Source: an uncultured Phycisphaera sp. (GTDB lineage: Bacteria > Planctomycetota > Phycisphaerae > UBA1845). Taken from it: a stretch of 64,000 bases of DNA. The position numbers were made by a program, and so were the translations under genes. The stretch covers positions 123,602 through 187,601 of the forward strand of contig CAZCST010000014.1 in assembly GCA_964501365.1 (NCBI GenBank), written 5' to 3'. Of this stretch, positions 1-9,861 are shown one piece after another (position 1 is the first letter of the stretch; the number at the start of each line of letters is the position of its first letter). The notes under the pieces are model-generated. The model ran no database searches. It was not told where the DNA came from and worked only from the letters and a program-made list of their open reading frames with translations.

Positions 1-2
1 CC

Positions 3-962
3 TTATTCTTTCTTGTTCGAGTCGGTCTGTTCGAGGACGGAATCGACCCACGAGAAATCGTCAACCTGGTCCGCCTCTTCAGCCACTTCGGCATCAATCT
101 GCCTGGGGACAATACCTGCTGTGGCCTCCTTGATGATTTCGGGCTGGATATCAGAACCCGCACTCTGATGATGGGAGAAGGGACGGTCCGCTTCGTCGGC
201 GGTCTCCTCGAAACCCGATTCGTCCACTGCGTCGAGCGGAGCGACATCAAGCAGCTCAACCATGATGGGAGACAGGGCCCGCTCCTGAACGGCGCGAATG
301 CGGCGCTGGCGGATCATTTCCAGCAGGGCCAGGAATAAACCGATCATTTCGGGCCTGGTCCGGCCCGCAAACAATTCTTCGAATCTCTGCTGCCCGCCGG
401 CGTTCTGCAACGCATCCGCGATGTCTGCTGCGTGCAGGGTGATGGGTGTATCATCGACGCCGACCTGATGGATGCCGCCGGCCTTCCCGATCTGCTGAAG
501 CATGCGATTGAACGCTTCAAACAGACTCCAGATGTCAACGCTTTCAAGGTCGATTTCGTCAGGATTCAACTCGGGCATGGCGGGCTGGCGCTCATGACGC
601 TGCGAGCGTTCGTGGGCCGATTGCTCAAGGCTGCGCGCCGCGTCCTTGAACTTCTTGTATTCCAGGAGCTGTCGCACCAGTGTCGATCGTGGATCGGAAA
701 AATCCTCTTCGTTTTCGTCCACCACCGGCGGACGAGGCAGGAGCACGCGCGATTTGATCTCCATGAGCGTAGCGGCCACGACCAGAAACTCGCCGACGGC
801 TTCCGGGTCAAGCTCCTTCAGCAGGCTGACATACGCAATGTACTGTCCGGTGATTCGGGCGATGGGAATGTCGTAGATGTCCAGCTCTTCGCGCTTGATA
901 AGGAAAAGCAGCAGGTCGAGCGGCCCGTTGTAGATTTCGAGATCGACTTTGTAGTCTGTCAC
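3..962 (-). CDS. scpA: Segregation and condensation protein A (kleisin ScpA)
   Basis: ORF 3..1016(-). N-terminal 'DLEIYNGPLDLLLFLIKREELDIYDIPIARIT' is kleisin-like. Best start is GTG at 962, with GGAGGAG 8 nt upstream; the ORF-track start at 1016 is TTG. Stop TAA at 3-5. Confidence 0.85.
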   Translation of the reverse strand: MTDYKVDLEIYNGPLDLLLFLIKREELDIYDIPIARITGQYIAYVSLLKELDPEAVGEFLVVAATLMEIKSRVLLPRPPVVDENEEDFSDPRSTLVRQLLEYKKFKDAARSLEQSAHERSQRHERQPAMPELNPDEIDLESVDIWSLFEAFNRMLQQIGKAGGIHQVGVDDTPITLHAADIADALQNAGGQQRFEELFAGRTRPEMIGLFLALLEMIRQRRIRAVQERALSPIMVELLDVAPLDAVDESGFEETADEADRPFSHHQSAGSDIQPEIIKEATAGIVPRQIDAEVAEEADQVDDFSWVDSVLEQTDSNKKE

Positions 963-981
963 GTGCAGAACTCCTCCACAT

Positions 982-1620
982 TTATGCTCTCTTTCGACCG
1001 TGCCAGGAAAAAGCAAACGATGTACCTATGGCCAACAGAAAAGCTGTTGTAGGCTCAGGGATTGGTAATCCGTAGATCTCGTACGTTCCTGCGACATTCC
1101 AATCCGTCCATAATCCGTCGCCGAACGGATCGCTGCCAGGAGAACGAATATCGACCGTCAGGTCTTCAGTGATACGATCAATCGAGTAGCCCAAGAGGTC
1201 TGGTCCAACCGTAGGCACATGAAAAATAAGTCCCGATTCGGATGTTCCCCCCCCTCCCGCTCCGGATCCCTTCGCGCTCCATTGCAAAACAACAATGGAC
1301 TGCTCACGTCCATCCGTCAGATAGGTAACAAAGTCAGTAAAACCGGTGTCATCACCGTTGGTAAGGACAGCGGTTACTCGAAATGGGTATGGTGGTTGAA
1401 CTGGAGTGTTCTCAAAAAGCCGACCTGCGATCGCATTGGCGTCGTCGTCGAATATCGCGAGCGTGGGCCAGCGGGACTCAAACACCTCCGGACTACCGAC
1501 AATGATTCCAGGGGTGGGAATGCGCCAGGTAGCGAGCAACTGCGATTCTGGCCCAACCGGTCCGGCGGACGCGGATGCGGCGGACGAAAGCAGGGCGAGA
1601 ACGACGAGTGAACGGTTCAC
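982..1620 (-). CDS. Secreted PEP-CTERM-anchored protein
   Basis: Signal peptide 'MNRSLVVLALLSSAASASAGP'. C-terminus has 'PIPEP', a hydrophobic helix and 'HGRKRA', the PEP-CTERM tripartite signal. Confidence 0.75.
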   Translation of the reverse strand: MNRSLVVLALLSSAASASAGPVGPESQLLATWRIPTPGIIVGSPEVFESRWPTLAIFDDDANAIAGRLFENTPVQPPYPFRVTAVLTNGDDTGFTDFVTYLTDGREQSIVVLQWSAKGSGAGGGGTSESGLIFHVPTVGPDLLGYSIDRITEDLTVDIRSPGSDPFGDGLWTDWNVAGTYEIYGLPIPEPTTAFLLAIGTSFAFSWHGRKRA

Positions 1621-2216
1621 AGTAGGACCTCTATGTCAGAATTTCTTCGTTGGAATGTGGGGCCGAGAATCGCGATGAGCCCTCCCGAAATGCAAAACAA
1701 AGTACTTGGTTCTGGGACAGGCGTACCGTAGAACTCATAGGTCAATGAGTAATTGACGCTCAATCCTTCCAGACCTAACAGTTGGAACGGTGTAAAGTGC
1801 ACGTCATGAACATTGAGTCGAATTAGTGTCAACTCGTATCCAATGAAACCCGGCAAGCCGCTAAACAGCGCGGATTCGAGGTTGGGGGAAAGTACTCCGC
1901 CACTCTCCCAAAAAACACCATCCTTCAGGATGTCGTCGCTTCCGTTGGTGAGTAAGCTTGCGAACGTGGAAAAATCTGGTTCCGAATCGGGCGTGAAATC
2001 AACAATTCCGGTTCCTCCCTCTCCCCAGAACAATGTCTCTCCGATTTGCGCATAGGATTCCGCTCCTTCGATCTCAAGGACGAACGCGACGCTCGGGTCC
2101 GCCGGCGCACTTCCTGGGCCATGCAGATGGCCGTCAAAAGATCCTAGCAGCGCCGGTCCAGCGGATGCGATTGACGCGGATGAAAGCAGTGCCAGAACGA
2201 CGAGTAAACGTTTCAT
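1617..2216 (-). CDS. Secreted PEP-CTERM-anchored protein (tandem paralogue)
   Basis: Signal peptide 'MKRLLVVLALLSSASIASAGP' is almost identical to the neighbour's. C-terminal 'VPEPSTLFCISGGLIAILG..QRR'. 4-bp overlap with the downstream paralogue. Both genes share the leader ggacctc[tc]atgtcaga. Confidence 0.75.
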   Translation of the reverse strand: MKRLLVVLALLSSASIASAGPALLGSFDGHLHGPGSAPADPSVAFVLEIEGAESYAQIGETLFWGEGGTGIVDFTPDSEPDFSTFASLLTNGSDDILKDGVFWESGGVLSPNLESALFSGLPGFIGYELTLIRLNVHDVHFTPFQLLGLEGLSVNYSLTYEFYGTPVPEPSTLFCISGGLIAILGPTFQRRNSDIEVLL

Positions 2217-2473
2217 AGTTGGACCTCCATGTCAGACTTCTTGATGAGTTGAAGAGTGCGACGCACCGCCAGGATTCCTAGCCAGACAAGTCCGCACCCC
2301 CAAACCGCATACAGGCACCTCGACTCAACACACGAGGGAAGCGGTCCCTATGATTTGCCTGGTTATGGTTCAGATTCTTTCACCATCGGGCCACCACCTT
2401 CACCCGCGCCAACGCCTTTGCATCATACCACAACTTGACGTGTAACGTAAAAAGGCTGTGGGGGTTGGGCAGT

Positions 2474-3463
2474 TCATTCATGCGTCCCTTTTGCGGTCAC
2501 AATCCCGCATGCATCACGGACTTCCGCCATGACCTGCCGGGCGGTCGCCCGTGCCTGCTTTCCGGCCGTGGCCAGAATATCTTCGACGGTATCCAAGTCC
2601 CCGGCAAGCGCGGCGCGGCGGTCGCGGGCTGGGCCGAGCAGACGTTCAACAACATCGGCAAGCTGCGTCTTGGCATCCCCATACCCCATGCCGCCCTTGA
2701 GATAGCGTTCGCGCAAGGCAGCAGTCTCCTCCGGAGTCGCCATGAGTTTGTAGAGCAAAAACACGGTGCAGGTGTCGGGATTCTTCGGCGCTTCCACCGG
2801 AGTACTGTCAGTTTTGATACCCATGATTCGTTTTCGGGTGTCTTTTTGTGAATCAAAGAGATTTATCGCATTACCGTAGCTTTTCGACATCTTCTGGCCA
2901 TCAATTCCCGGCACGATCAGCGCTTCGTTCAGTTTGGCCTCTGGACGCTTAAGCACCTCGCGTTCGTAGGTCTCGTTGAAGTGGGTGGCCATGTCCTGAG
3001 CCATTTCGATGTGCTGAAGCTGGTCCTTGCCGACAGGCACTAGATCACTGCGATAAATGAGAATGTCGGCGGCCATGAGCAATGGATAGCTGAACAGCCC
3101 CATCGACGCGGCAATCCCCTTGGCGACCTTGTCCTTGTATGAAGTCGCCCGTTCGAGGAGTCCTTTGCCGGTGACGGTGCTGAGAATCCATGACAGTTCC
3201 GTCACTTCTGGAACGTCGCTTTGGCGAAAAAGCCTGGCCTTGCCGGGGTCCAGGCCCAGGGCCAGGTAGTCGAGCGCGACATCCAGCGTGTACTGCCGCA
3301 CGAGCGCGGGGTCCTTAACGGTATTGAGCGAATGGAAGTTTGCGATGAAGAAGTAGCAATCGTGGGATTCCTGGAGCTCGATATGCTGCTTCATGGCTCC
3401 GAGGTAGTTGCCCAGGTGCAGCTTGCCACTGGATTGAATTCCGGAGAGTACGCGCATGTGCAT
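2474..3463 (-). CDS. trpS: Tryptophanyl-tRNA synthetase
   Basis: Class I motifs 'GKLHLGNY' (HIGH-type) and 'KMSKS'. 329 aa with TrpRS-like sequence throughout. The start could be the second Met, at 3457. Confidence 0.93.
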   Translation of the reverse strand: MHMRVLSGIQSSGKLHLGNYLGAMKQHIELQESHDCYFFIANFHSLNTVKDPALVRQYTLDVALDYLALGLDPGKARLFRQSDVPEVTELSWILSTVTGKGLLERATSYKDKVAKGIAASMGLFSYPLLMAADILIYRSDLVPVGKDQLQHIEMAQDMATHFNETYEREVLKRPEAKLNEALIVPGIDGQKMSKSYGNAINLFDSQKDTRKRIMGIKTDSTPVEAPKNPDTCTVFLLYKLMATPEETAALRERYLKGGMGYGDAKTQLADVVERLLGPARDRRAALAGDLDTVEDILATAGKQARATARQVMAEVRDACGIVTAKGTHE

Positions 3464-3901
3464 TACTTAAACGGAGGGAGCACAAAAGTCCAAACGTCCA
3501 AGAATCCTTGCTGCCGTACGGAACCATCGGACCGGGTTACAGCCACGCATCTGAATCATTTGAACTCTCAGTTCGATTTCACGCGAATCATAAAGGCACG
3601 ATTACCTTTTTCGTGCAGAGGGGCGCAGATGAAAAGATCATTCACGCAATGCGAATCGTGATTCTTGCTGCACCCTGTCGCGACGAGGGCAAATGGGCCG
3701 AAATAGGCGATGGTCGAAATCCCTATGCCAGTTCGGTGATCGCGTGTAAAGGGGATTTGGGATGCTCTTACATCAGGGCCCAGGCTCGCAAATTCCCATA
3801 ACAAAGTCAAAGAAGGCTTGGGATGCGCCTAGCAATATGTTAGATTGGCTTTCTGCTTCGTAGCAGCGCCAGTCGTTGTGATTTCGTGGGAGGGGAATCC
3901 T

Positions 3902-6900
3902 GTGCGGAAATTACTTCCAGCCATGGCTGGCTTGGTCTTGGGTGTGGCCATACCGAGTTCTTTTGCAGCAAGCGTCGGTACGGCATTCACATATCAGGGG
4001 GTTCTGGAAAACCCGCCCGGCAACCCACTCAACGACACTTGTGCGCTTGAGTTTGCATTGTGCGACGATGCGGTGGCCGCTTGTTCGCCGGGGACCGTGT
4101 CGAGCCATCCGGGAATCAGTGTAACGGACGGTGCATTCACCGTCCCGAATGTGGACTTCGGTCCCGGCGCATTGAACGGCCAGGCCCGCTGGATGACCAT
4201 TCGTGTGAAATGCACGGGCGACGCCGCGTTCGTCACGCTATCGCCCCGAGTTGAGTTGAAACCCGCGCCGTATGCGCTCGCACTTCCGGGCCTTCAAACG
4301 CAACAAAATCCCACCAGTCCCAACATCGTGGCCGGGCTTCACGAAAACACAGTAACAGCTGGCGTATTTGGTGCGACGATTGCGGGCGGAGGGCTGACGG
4401 GAACTGAAATCAATCGCGTGACGGACAGCTTTGGAACCATCGGCGGCGGAGCCAACAACCGTGCAGGAGACAACACGGGAACTGTAAACGATCAACCATG
4501 GGCGACGGTCGGGGGAGGCAAGAGCAACGTCGCCAGCGGAAACGTATCAACCGTTGGCGGAGGTAGTGACAACGTCGCAAGCAATGCAGCGACCACAGTC
4601 GCAGGAGGGCAACGAAATACCGCGGCGGGAATTTTTGCCACTGTGACCGGCGGCATAAACAACACAGCAGCACAATCATCCTCAACGGTCGGCGGCGGCA
4701 ACGCCAACACGGCCGACGGAAATTATTCCACGGTAGGGGGAGGACAGGACAACACCGCATCCGGGCAGCACTGCACCATCGGCGGCGGCGGCGAAAATAG
4801 TGCCAGCGGCGATGCCATAACCATTGGTGGGGGTCAAAATAATCAAGCGCAGAATGCCTACGCAACGGTCGCGGGTGGCGTCGGTAATATCGCAAATCAG
4901 GACTCGGCTACTGTCGGCGGCGGCAACGGAAACACCGCCTCCGGTGACGGGTCAGTGGTCCCTGGGGGCGATTCAAATGAAGCGGGGGGGACGACGAGTT
5001 TTGCGGCAGGTCACCGCGCCAAAGTGCGAAATGCAACCCAATCGGGTGACGGCGACGGCGATCAGGGCACATTTGTCTGGGCCGACAGTACCAATGCCGA
5101 CTTCGCATCTACCGGGCCAAACCAATTCTTAATTCGCTCGGCGGGCGGCGTAGGTATCAATACAAACGCTCCGACAGCCGCCTTGACGGTTGGCGGTACG
5201 GCCGGTGTCGATGGAATTCGTTTTCCTGACGGCACTTTGCAAACCACGGCGAGCGTGCCGGGGCCTGATGGGTACTCGCTCGATGCCGCGGATGGAAGCC
5301 CTGCCGATGCCTTGTACGTGGACGACGGCGGCAACGTCGGAATCGGGACTATTACTCCCCAAGAGCAGTTGGATGTAAACGGCAACCTACGCGTCGCTGG
5401 CACCATCGCAGCGGGCGCCACGATTACCATTGACGGAAACACACGACAGATCAATTCGTTTGGCGTACTGGGAATTTCCGCAGTCGGTGGTGTGGGAATT
5501 GGAACGAACAACCCCACGGCAGCGTTGCATGTTGCAGGCACCCCGGGCGTTGATGGTATTCGTTTTCCTGACGGCACACTGCAAACAACTGCTGCGGGTC
5601 CCGGCGGAGGGGGAGATTCCTATTCGCTCGATGCGTCAGACGGCGATCCGGTTGATGCGTTGCTCGTTGACGGCGATGGAAAAGTGGGAATCGGGACGAT
5701 AACTCCGACGCACAATCTCGATGTCGTTGGCGACATCCATGCCAGCGCGGCCATTTCGAGCGGCAATACGATTGTCGTTGATGGAAACGCGAGGACGATT
5801 ACCTCGGACGCCGCTTTGGGTCTCATCGCACCGGGCGGAGTGGGCATTGGTACCGATGAACCGACTGTCGCCCTGGATGTTGTCGGAGCGGCACGGGTCG
5901 AAACGCTGCAAATATTCGGCGGTACCTCGGTAACACAACCCATTACCGGCTGGGGAAGCAATGCAGCTGGCCAGATCAGCGTCCCGTCAGGATCGTTTAC
6001 CAAAATAGCAACCGGCTCCAATCATAGCATTGGAATTCGCACCGATGGCACTTTGGCGGGCTGGGGGAACAATTCATCCGGACAGATCAACGTCCCTGCC
6101 GGTATTTTTTCGGAGATTTCAGCAGGTTCCAATTTCAGCCTGGGGCTTCGGCAGGATGGATCGTTGGCAGCCTGGGGATCCAATAGCAGCGGACAGCTCA
6201 ATGTTCCGACGGGGACGTTCATCGCTGTTTCAGCGGGCTGGAATCATGGCGTGGCCATTCGCAGCGACGGCACACTTGCCGCATGGGGAAGCAACACGCA
6301 GGGTCAGACAAACGTTCCGACCGGTACCTACCAGAAAATCTCAGCCGGCGCGTTCCACAATCTCGCCATACGCACGGCCGGGACGCTCGTCGCGTGGGGG
6401 AATAACACCTACGGCCAAACAAACGTTCCGACCGGAAAATTCGAGGCCATCGCGGCGGGGCTCTACTTCAGCTTGGGAATTCGTGACAACGGAACGCTTG
6501 CCGGCTGGGGAATCAACGACACCGGCCAGATCAATGTCCCGCAGGGGGGCGTCTATTATGACGTAGCCGCCGCCGGAACCGTATCGTTTCCGCTGATCCA
6601 GGGATTTGGTGTGGCCGTTCGCAGCGATCACGCGCTGGTGGCGTGGGGAGACAATACGTACGGCCAACTCAACGTGCCTGTCGGACAGTTTGTGTCCGTA
6701 GTCGCTGGTGAACATCATGCTCTGGCCATCGGTATAGATCCGTCTCCAGATATTGCTCTCCAACTAACCGCCGATTCTGCCGTCAAACCGGGATCGGATC
6801 GTTGGACCATCTTTTCCGACAAACGCCTCAAGACAGAGATCGAACCACTGCAAGGCGCACTCGACAAACTGCTTGCACTTCAAGGCCGGACCTTTCGCTG

Positions 6901-7192
6901 GCGCGATCCTGCGACGCAGGGCGGGCGGTACGACGTTGAGATGGGGTTGATTGCCGATGATGTGCAACGTGTGTTTCCCCAATGGGTACGCACAGCCCCT
7001 AACGGATACAAGACGCTCACAGTGAGTGGATTCGAAGCATTGACTGCGGAAGCCCTGCGCGAGCTGCGTGCGGAAAAGGATCACGAGCTTGGTGAAAAGG
7101 AACGCGAGATTCAAAACCTCAAATCGGAGATTTCCGATTTGAGAGAAATGGTGGAAGCGTTGGCGGCGCAGCAGAACCAGGGTGGAAAATGA
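3902..7192 (+). CDS. Secreted tail-fibre/adhesin-like chimera: YadA-head-like 14-aa repeats, fibre repeats, RCC1-like propeller, C-terminal S74-type intramolecular chaperone domain
   Basis: ORF 3845..7192. Likely GTG start at 3902, with GGGAGGGG 7 nt upstream. Signal peptide 'LLPAMAGLVLGVAIPSSFAAS'. About 15 'STVGGGxxNxAxG' repeats, then ~2.5 copies of 'GGVGIGTNxPTAAL.V.G..GVDGIRFPDGTLQTTA' units. Seven ~37-aa 'GWGxNxxGQxNVPxG' repeats. 'FSDKRLKTEIEPLQGALDKLLALQGRTFRWRD' chaperone-domain motif plus a terminal coiled coil. Confidence 0.7.
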   Translation: MRKLLPAMAGLVLGVAIPSSFAASVGTAFTYQGVLENPPGNPLNDTCALEFALCDDAVAACSPGTVSSHPGISVTDGAFTVPNVDFGPGALNGQARWMTIRVKCTGDAAFVTLSPRVELKPAPYALALPGLQTQQNPTSPNIVAGLHENTVTAGVFGATIAGGGLTGTEINRVTDSFGTIGGGANNRAGDNTGTVNDQPWATVGGGKSNVASGNVSTVGGGSDNVASNAATTVAGGQRNTAAGIFATVTGGINNTAAQSSSTVGGGNANTADGNYSTVGGGQDNTASGQHCTIGGGGENSASGDAITIGGGQNNQAQNAYATVAGGVGNIANQDSATVGGGNGNTASGDGSVVPGGDSNEAGGTTSFAAGHRAKVRNATQSGDGDGDQGTFVWADSTNADFASTGPNQFLIRSAGGVGINTNAPTAALTVGGTAGVDGIRFPDGTLQTTASVPGPDGYSLDAADGSPADALYVDDGGNVGIGTITPQEQLDVNGNLRVAGTIAAGATITIDGNTRQINSFGVLGISAVGGVGIGTNNPTAALHVAGTPGVDGIRFPDGTLQTTAAGPGGGGDSYSLDASDGDPVDALLVDGDGKVGIGTITPTHNLDVVGDIHASAAISSGNTIVVDGNARTITSDAALGLIAPGGVGIGTDEPTVALDVVGAARVETLQIFGGTSVTQPITGWGSNAAGQISVPSGSFTKIATGSNHSIGIRTDGTLAGWGNNSSGQINVPAGIFSEISAGSNFSLGLRQDGSLAAWGSNSSGQLNVPTGTFIAVSAGWNHGVAIRSDGTLAAWGSNTQGQTNVPTGTYQKISAGAFHNLAIRTAGTLVAWGNNTYGQTNVPTGKFEAIAAGLYFSLGIRDNGTLAGWGINDTGQINVPQGGVYYDVAAAGTVSFPLIQGFGVAVRSDHALVAWGDNTYGQLNVPVGQFVSVVAGEHHALAIGIDPSPDIALQLTADSAVKPGSDRWTIFSDKRLKTEIEPLQGALDKLLALQGRTFRWRDPATQGGRYDVEMGLIADDVQRVFPQWVRTAPNGYKTLTVSGFEALTAEALRELRAEKDHELGEKEREIQNLKSEISDLREMVEALAAQQNQGGK

Positions 7193-8196
7193 GACGCAGA
7201 TTGTTGATTGTCGATCGGCTATTACCGATCCTGACCGACTTGCGTGAACCAAACGTCGTGACTCAGAACTGCCTTGTATTGAGTGGCTTATTGGCCGCAA
7301 TGTTCATTTCCGGAATCGCGAATGCGCAGAGCGGTGGCGGATATGTCGTCAAGAAGAGCACGATAGACGGGGGCGGAGTTACGTTTCATACCGGCGGCTC
7401 TTATCGACTTGGAGGGACCGTCGGCCAGCCCGATGCAGGCGAGTATGCCGGAGGCAGTTACCGACTCTCCGGCGGCTTCTGGGGACCAACGGAAGCGACG
7501 CCGTGCCCCATTCCCGGTCCCGACCCCAGCCCACAATCGAAATCCCGATTTATCTCCTTTGTTGCGCCCGCCTGCCTCGTGTCGCCGGGAGGAGAAAGTG
7601 CGCTGCGCGTGAAGCTCGTGTCGTTACACCATGTCGTGCCGCCCTATACGGGCGGAACATCCGTACCGTTTTCGAGTTTTGAAGGTCAGGTGCGGTGGGT
7701 CGGTCCGCCTGCCATCTATGTAGAGTCAAATGCATCGGGTACGCCATTTTATTCTTCAAGCCTGCAGTGCACTCCGTACTACCAGGACTGGAGCACGGTG
7801 GGATTGTTGCACGTGACCGGAAGTGCGATTGTTCCGAGCTCGGTCTATGAGGTGGAAAACCTGGCAGCCAGCTGCGAAGGGAATGAAGCGAACTGTGCAG
7901 CCGCGTCCAGTCCACTCTCGATTCACACGGCACGGTGGGGTGACGTGGCCATCCCCTACAACCCCCCCAGCCTGACGGTTCAACCAGACTTTGGCGATGT
8001 GTCGGCGTTGGTCAACAAATTCAAAGACACGCCCGGCGCGCCGATCAAGGCAAGAGCGCTGCTGGTTGGGGAAGATTCGTTTGGAAACATCACGCCTGCC
8101 ATCATGAACGTGAACTTCGGATTTACGCACATCGCAGCGTGCGTGGATGCCTTCAAAGGCAAACCCTACCCGCATATTGTTGAATCGTGCCCGTAG
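7189..8196 (+). CDS. Hypothetical secreted protein, translationally coupled to the fibre-like gene
   Basis: ATGA start/stop overlap with the upstream gene. Hydrophobic N-terminus 'LVLSGLLAAMFISGIANAQ'. Gly-rich triplicated motif 'GGGYVVKKSTIDGGG..GGSYRLGGTVGQPDAG..GGSYRLSGGFWG'. The rest is unassignable. Confidence 0.6.
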   Translation: MRRRLLIVDRLLPILTDLREPNVVTQNCLVLSGLLAAMFISGIANAQSGGGYVVKKSTIDGGGVTFHTGGSYRLGGTVGQPDAGEYAGGSYRLSGGFWGPTEATPCPIPGPDPSPQSKSRFISFVAPACLVSPGGESALRVKLVSLHHVVPPYTGGTSVPFSSFEGQVRWVGPPAIYVESNASGTPFYSSSLQCTPYYQDWSTVGLLHVTGSAIVPSSVYEVENLAASCEGNEANCAAASSPLSIHTARWGDVAIPYNPPSLTVQPDFGDVSALVNKFKDTPGAPIKARALLVGEDSFGNITPAIMNVNFGFTHIAACVDAFKGKPYPHIVESCP

Positions 8197-8205
8197 ATCA
8201 CAGCC

Positions 8206-9813
8206 TCATCCAATTCGAGCGGCGAGCATGGTGATGTCATCGCTTTGTTCTGCACCAGCGGCGAACGCTGTAACCTGCTTGCGGATTTGCTTGACTAGCG
8301 CGCCCGGGTTGAGGTCGCCGCGCTGCAACAGCCCATCGCGCAGGCGCTCCATGCCGAATGCTTCTCCTGCAGGATTCCAAGCCTCGACAATCCCATCCGT
8401 ATAGCAGAAAAACAGGTACGGCGCGGCGCCAAGTTGAGTTGTTTTTGTCAGATACGTTGTTTCCGAAGCCACCCCCAGCGGGAATCCGGGCTCTACTTCG
8501 ACTTCACACAATTCACCCTTCGTGTCGTCGGCGAGCAGGGGTGGCCAGTGACCGGCGCAGGCAACGGCAATGGTCCGGGCTTTGGGATCGATCAAGGCCA
8601 GCACACACGTGACAATTCGTGAGCGATGGGTCTGGCAGCAGATAAACTCGTTCCAGCGAGCCAGCAGCCTGCCGGGGTCGTCGCTTTCATTGATGGTGGC
8701 CCGGACGACAGCCTGCAAATTGGCCATCTGGATCGCGGCGGGGGCGCCTTCGCCGGTCACGTCGGCGACAAAGCACCACACGCGGCCATCAGGGCGCTCA
8801 ATCACGTCATAATAGTCGCCGCTGACGCGACGGCCGGGATCGTTGAGTGCGGCGATGCGCAATTCGTTGGTGTTGGGCAGCGTCTTGGGAAAGAGGCCAT
8901 TTTGAATGTTGCGGGCCAGGTCAAGATCGTGCTGGAGCGCGACCATTTGTTTCTGGTCCTCAAGAAGCTGGGCATTGATGAGGCCGATGGAAATCTGCCG
9001 CGCGATGGCGGCAAAGAAGTCAATGTCCTCGGTCGCATACGACGTCGATGTTGAGGTGCGATCACCATAGATGATCCCGATGGTGGATTCACCCTGTACA
9101 AGCGGAACGCACATGGCCGAGCGGATGCCGTGCTGTACCATGCTGACGGTGGGGTCGGAGGCGGCTTGACCGGAAGTAAAAATGGCACGTTCGCCGTGTT
9201 CCAGGGCACGGTTTAGCAGCGTGCGGCTGATGGTGAGTTCGCCCTCTGCGCCTCTGAGATTTCGCACAATGGGCCAGTCGAGCACGCGCTGGTTACGGCG
9301 ACGAATGCCGATGGCGCCGCGTTCAAAATGCAACATTTCACAGCAGATGTTCATCGCGTTGTCGAGCAGCGCGTCCCGATCCTGCAGCGTGGTGAGGCGG
9401 TCGCTGAGTTCGTACAGGGTTTCGAGGCGGCGTTGCGATAGCAGCAGGCGTTGTTCCTGCGGAGCGTAGCGCGTGGCGCGGCTGGCGCTGGGGTCGTCGG
9501 AAAGGACGACGGATGGAATGGAAACCGGTTCTTCCTGATACACCGCCAGAACGGAACCCATGAGTACGCGGTCGCCGGATTTAAGCTGTGAATTCTTGCA
9601 GGGAACGTCGTTGACCAGCGTACCGTTCTTGCTGCCGAGGTCTTCCACGAAAAACCCGCCGTCAATGGGCGTGATTCGCGCGTGTCGGCGCGACGTACTG
9701 GGGTCGTCAATGGGAATGTCACAGGAGGCGTCGCGGCCCAGCACGACGGGCGTTGCGGGAAGCAGCTTGCGGAGTACACGTCCGTCGGTAAGTGTGATTA
9801 CGAGTTCAGGCAA
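8206..9813 (-). CDS. FHA - GAF - PP2C/SpoIIE-type Ser/Thr phosphatase (single polypeptide)
   Basis: FHA: 'VVLGRDASCDIPIDDPSTSRRHARI...EDLGSKNGTLVN'. A central GAF-like region follows. PPM part: 'SGDYYDVIERPDGRVWCFVADVTGEG', 'FFCYTDGIVEA', 'SDDITMLAARI'. Confidence 0.85.
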   Translation of the reverse strand: MPELVITLTDGRVLRKLLPATPVVLGRDASCDIPIDDPSTSRRHARITPIDGGFFVEDLGSKNGTLVNDVPCKNSQLKSGDRVLMGSVLAVYQEEPVSIPSVVLSDDPSASRATRYAPQEQRLLLSQRRLETLYELSDRLTTLQDRDALLDNAMNICCEMLHFERGAIGIRRRNQRVLDWPIVRNLRGAEGELTISRTLLNRALEHGERAIFTSGQAASDPTVSMVQHGIRSAMCVPLVQGESTIGIIYGDRTSTSTSYATEDIDFFAAIARQISIGLINAQLLEDQKQMVALQHDLDLARNIQNGLFPKTLPNTNELRIAALNDPGRRVSGDYYDVIERPDGRVWCFVADVTGEGAPAAIQMANLQAVVRATINESDDPGRLLARWNEFICCQTHRSRIVTCVLALIDPKARTIAVACAGHWPPLLADDTKGELCEVEVEPGFPLGVASETTYLTKTTQLGAAPYLFFCYTDGIVEAWNPAGEAFGMERLRDGLLQRGDLNPGALVKQIRKQVTAFAAGAEQSDDITMLAARIG

Positions 9814-9861
9814 GGTAGTTGCGCCGCTCCACGAAAAAATTCAATTTGAATCAGACAGTTC

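Noticed and set aside
3819-3834. Weaker GG-N10-GC sigma-54-like matches: TGGGATgcgccTAGCA (3819-3834), TGGCGCaccggCCGCA (25826-25841), TGGCAGcagccCTGCA (26792-26807)
   Set aside because: Each has three or more core mismatches. Matches of that quality are expected many times by chance in 128 kb of GC-rich sequence. They are noted only as context for the palindromes nearby.
4400-5000. Regular ~42-bp periodic repeats (also ~255-bp repeats at about 53300-54420), considered as a CRISPR-like or satellite array
   Set aside because: They are in-frame coding repeats (14-aa YadA-head units and 85-aa Cys modules). There is no repeat-spacer architecture, no cas genes and no leader.
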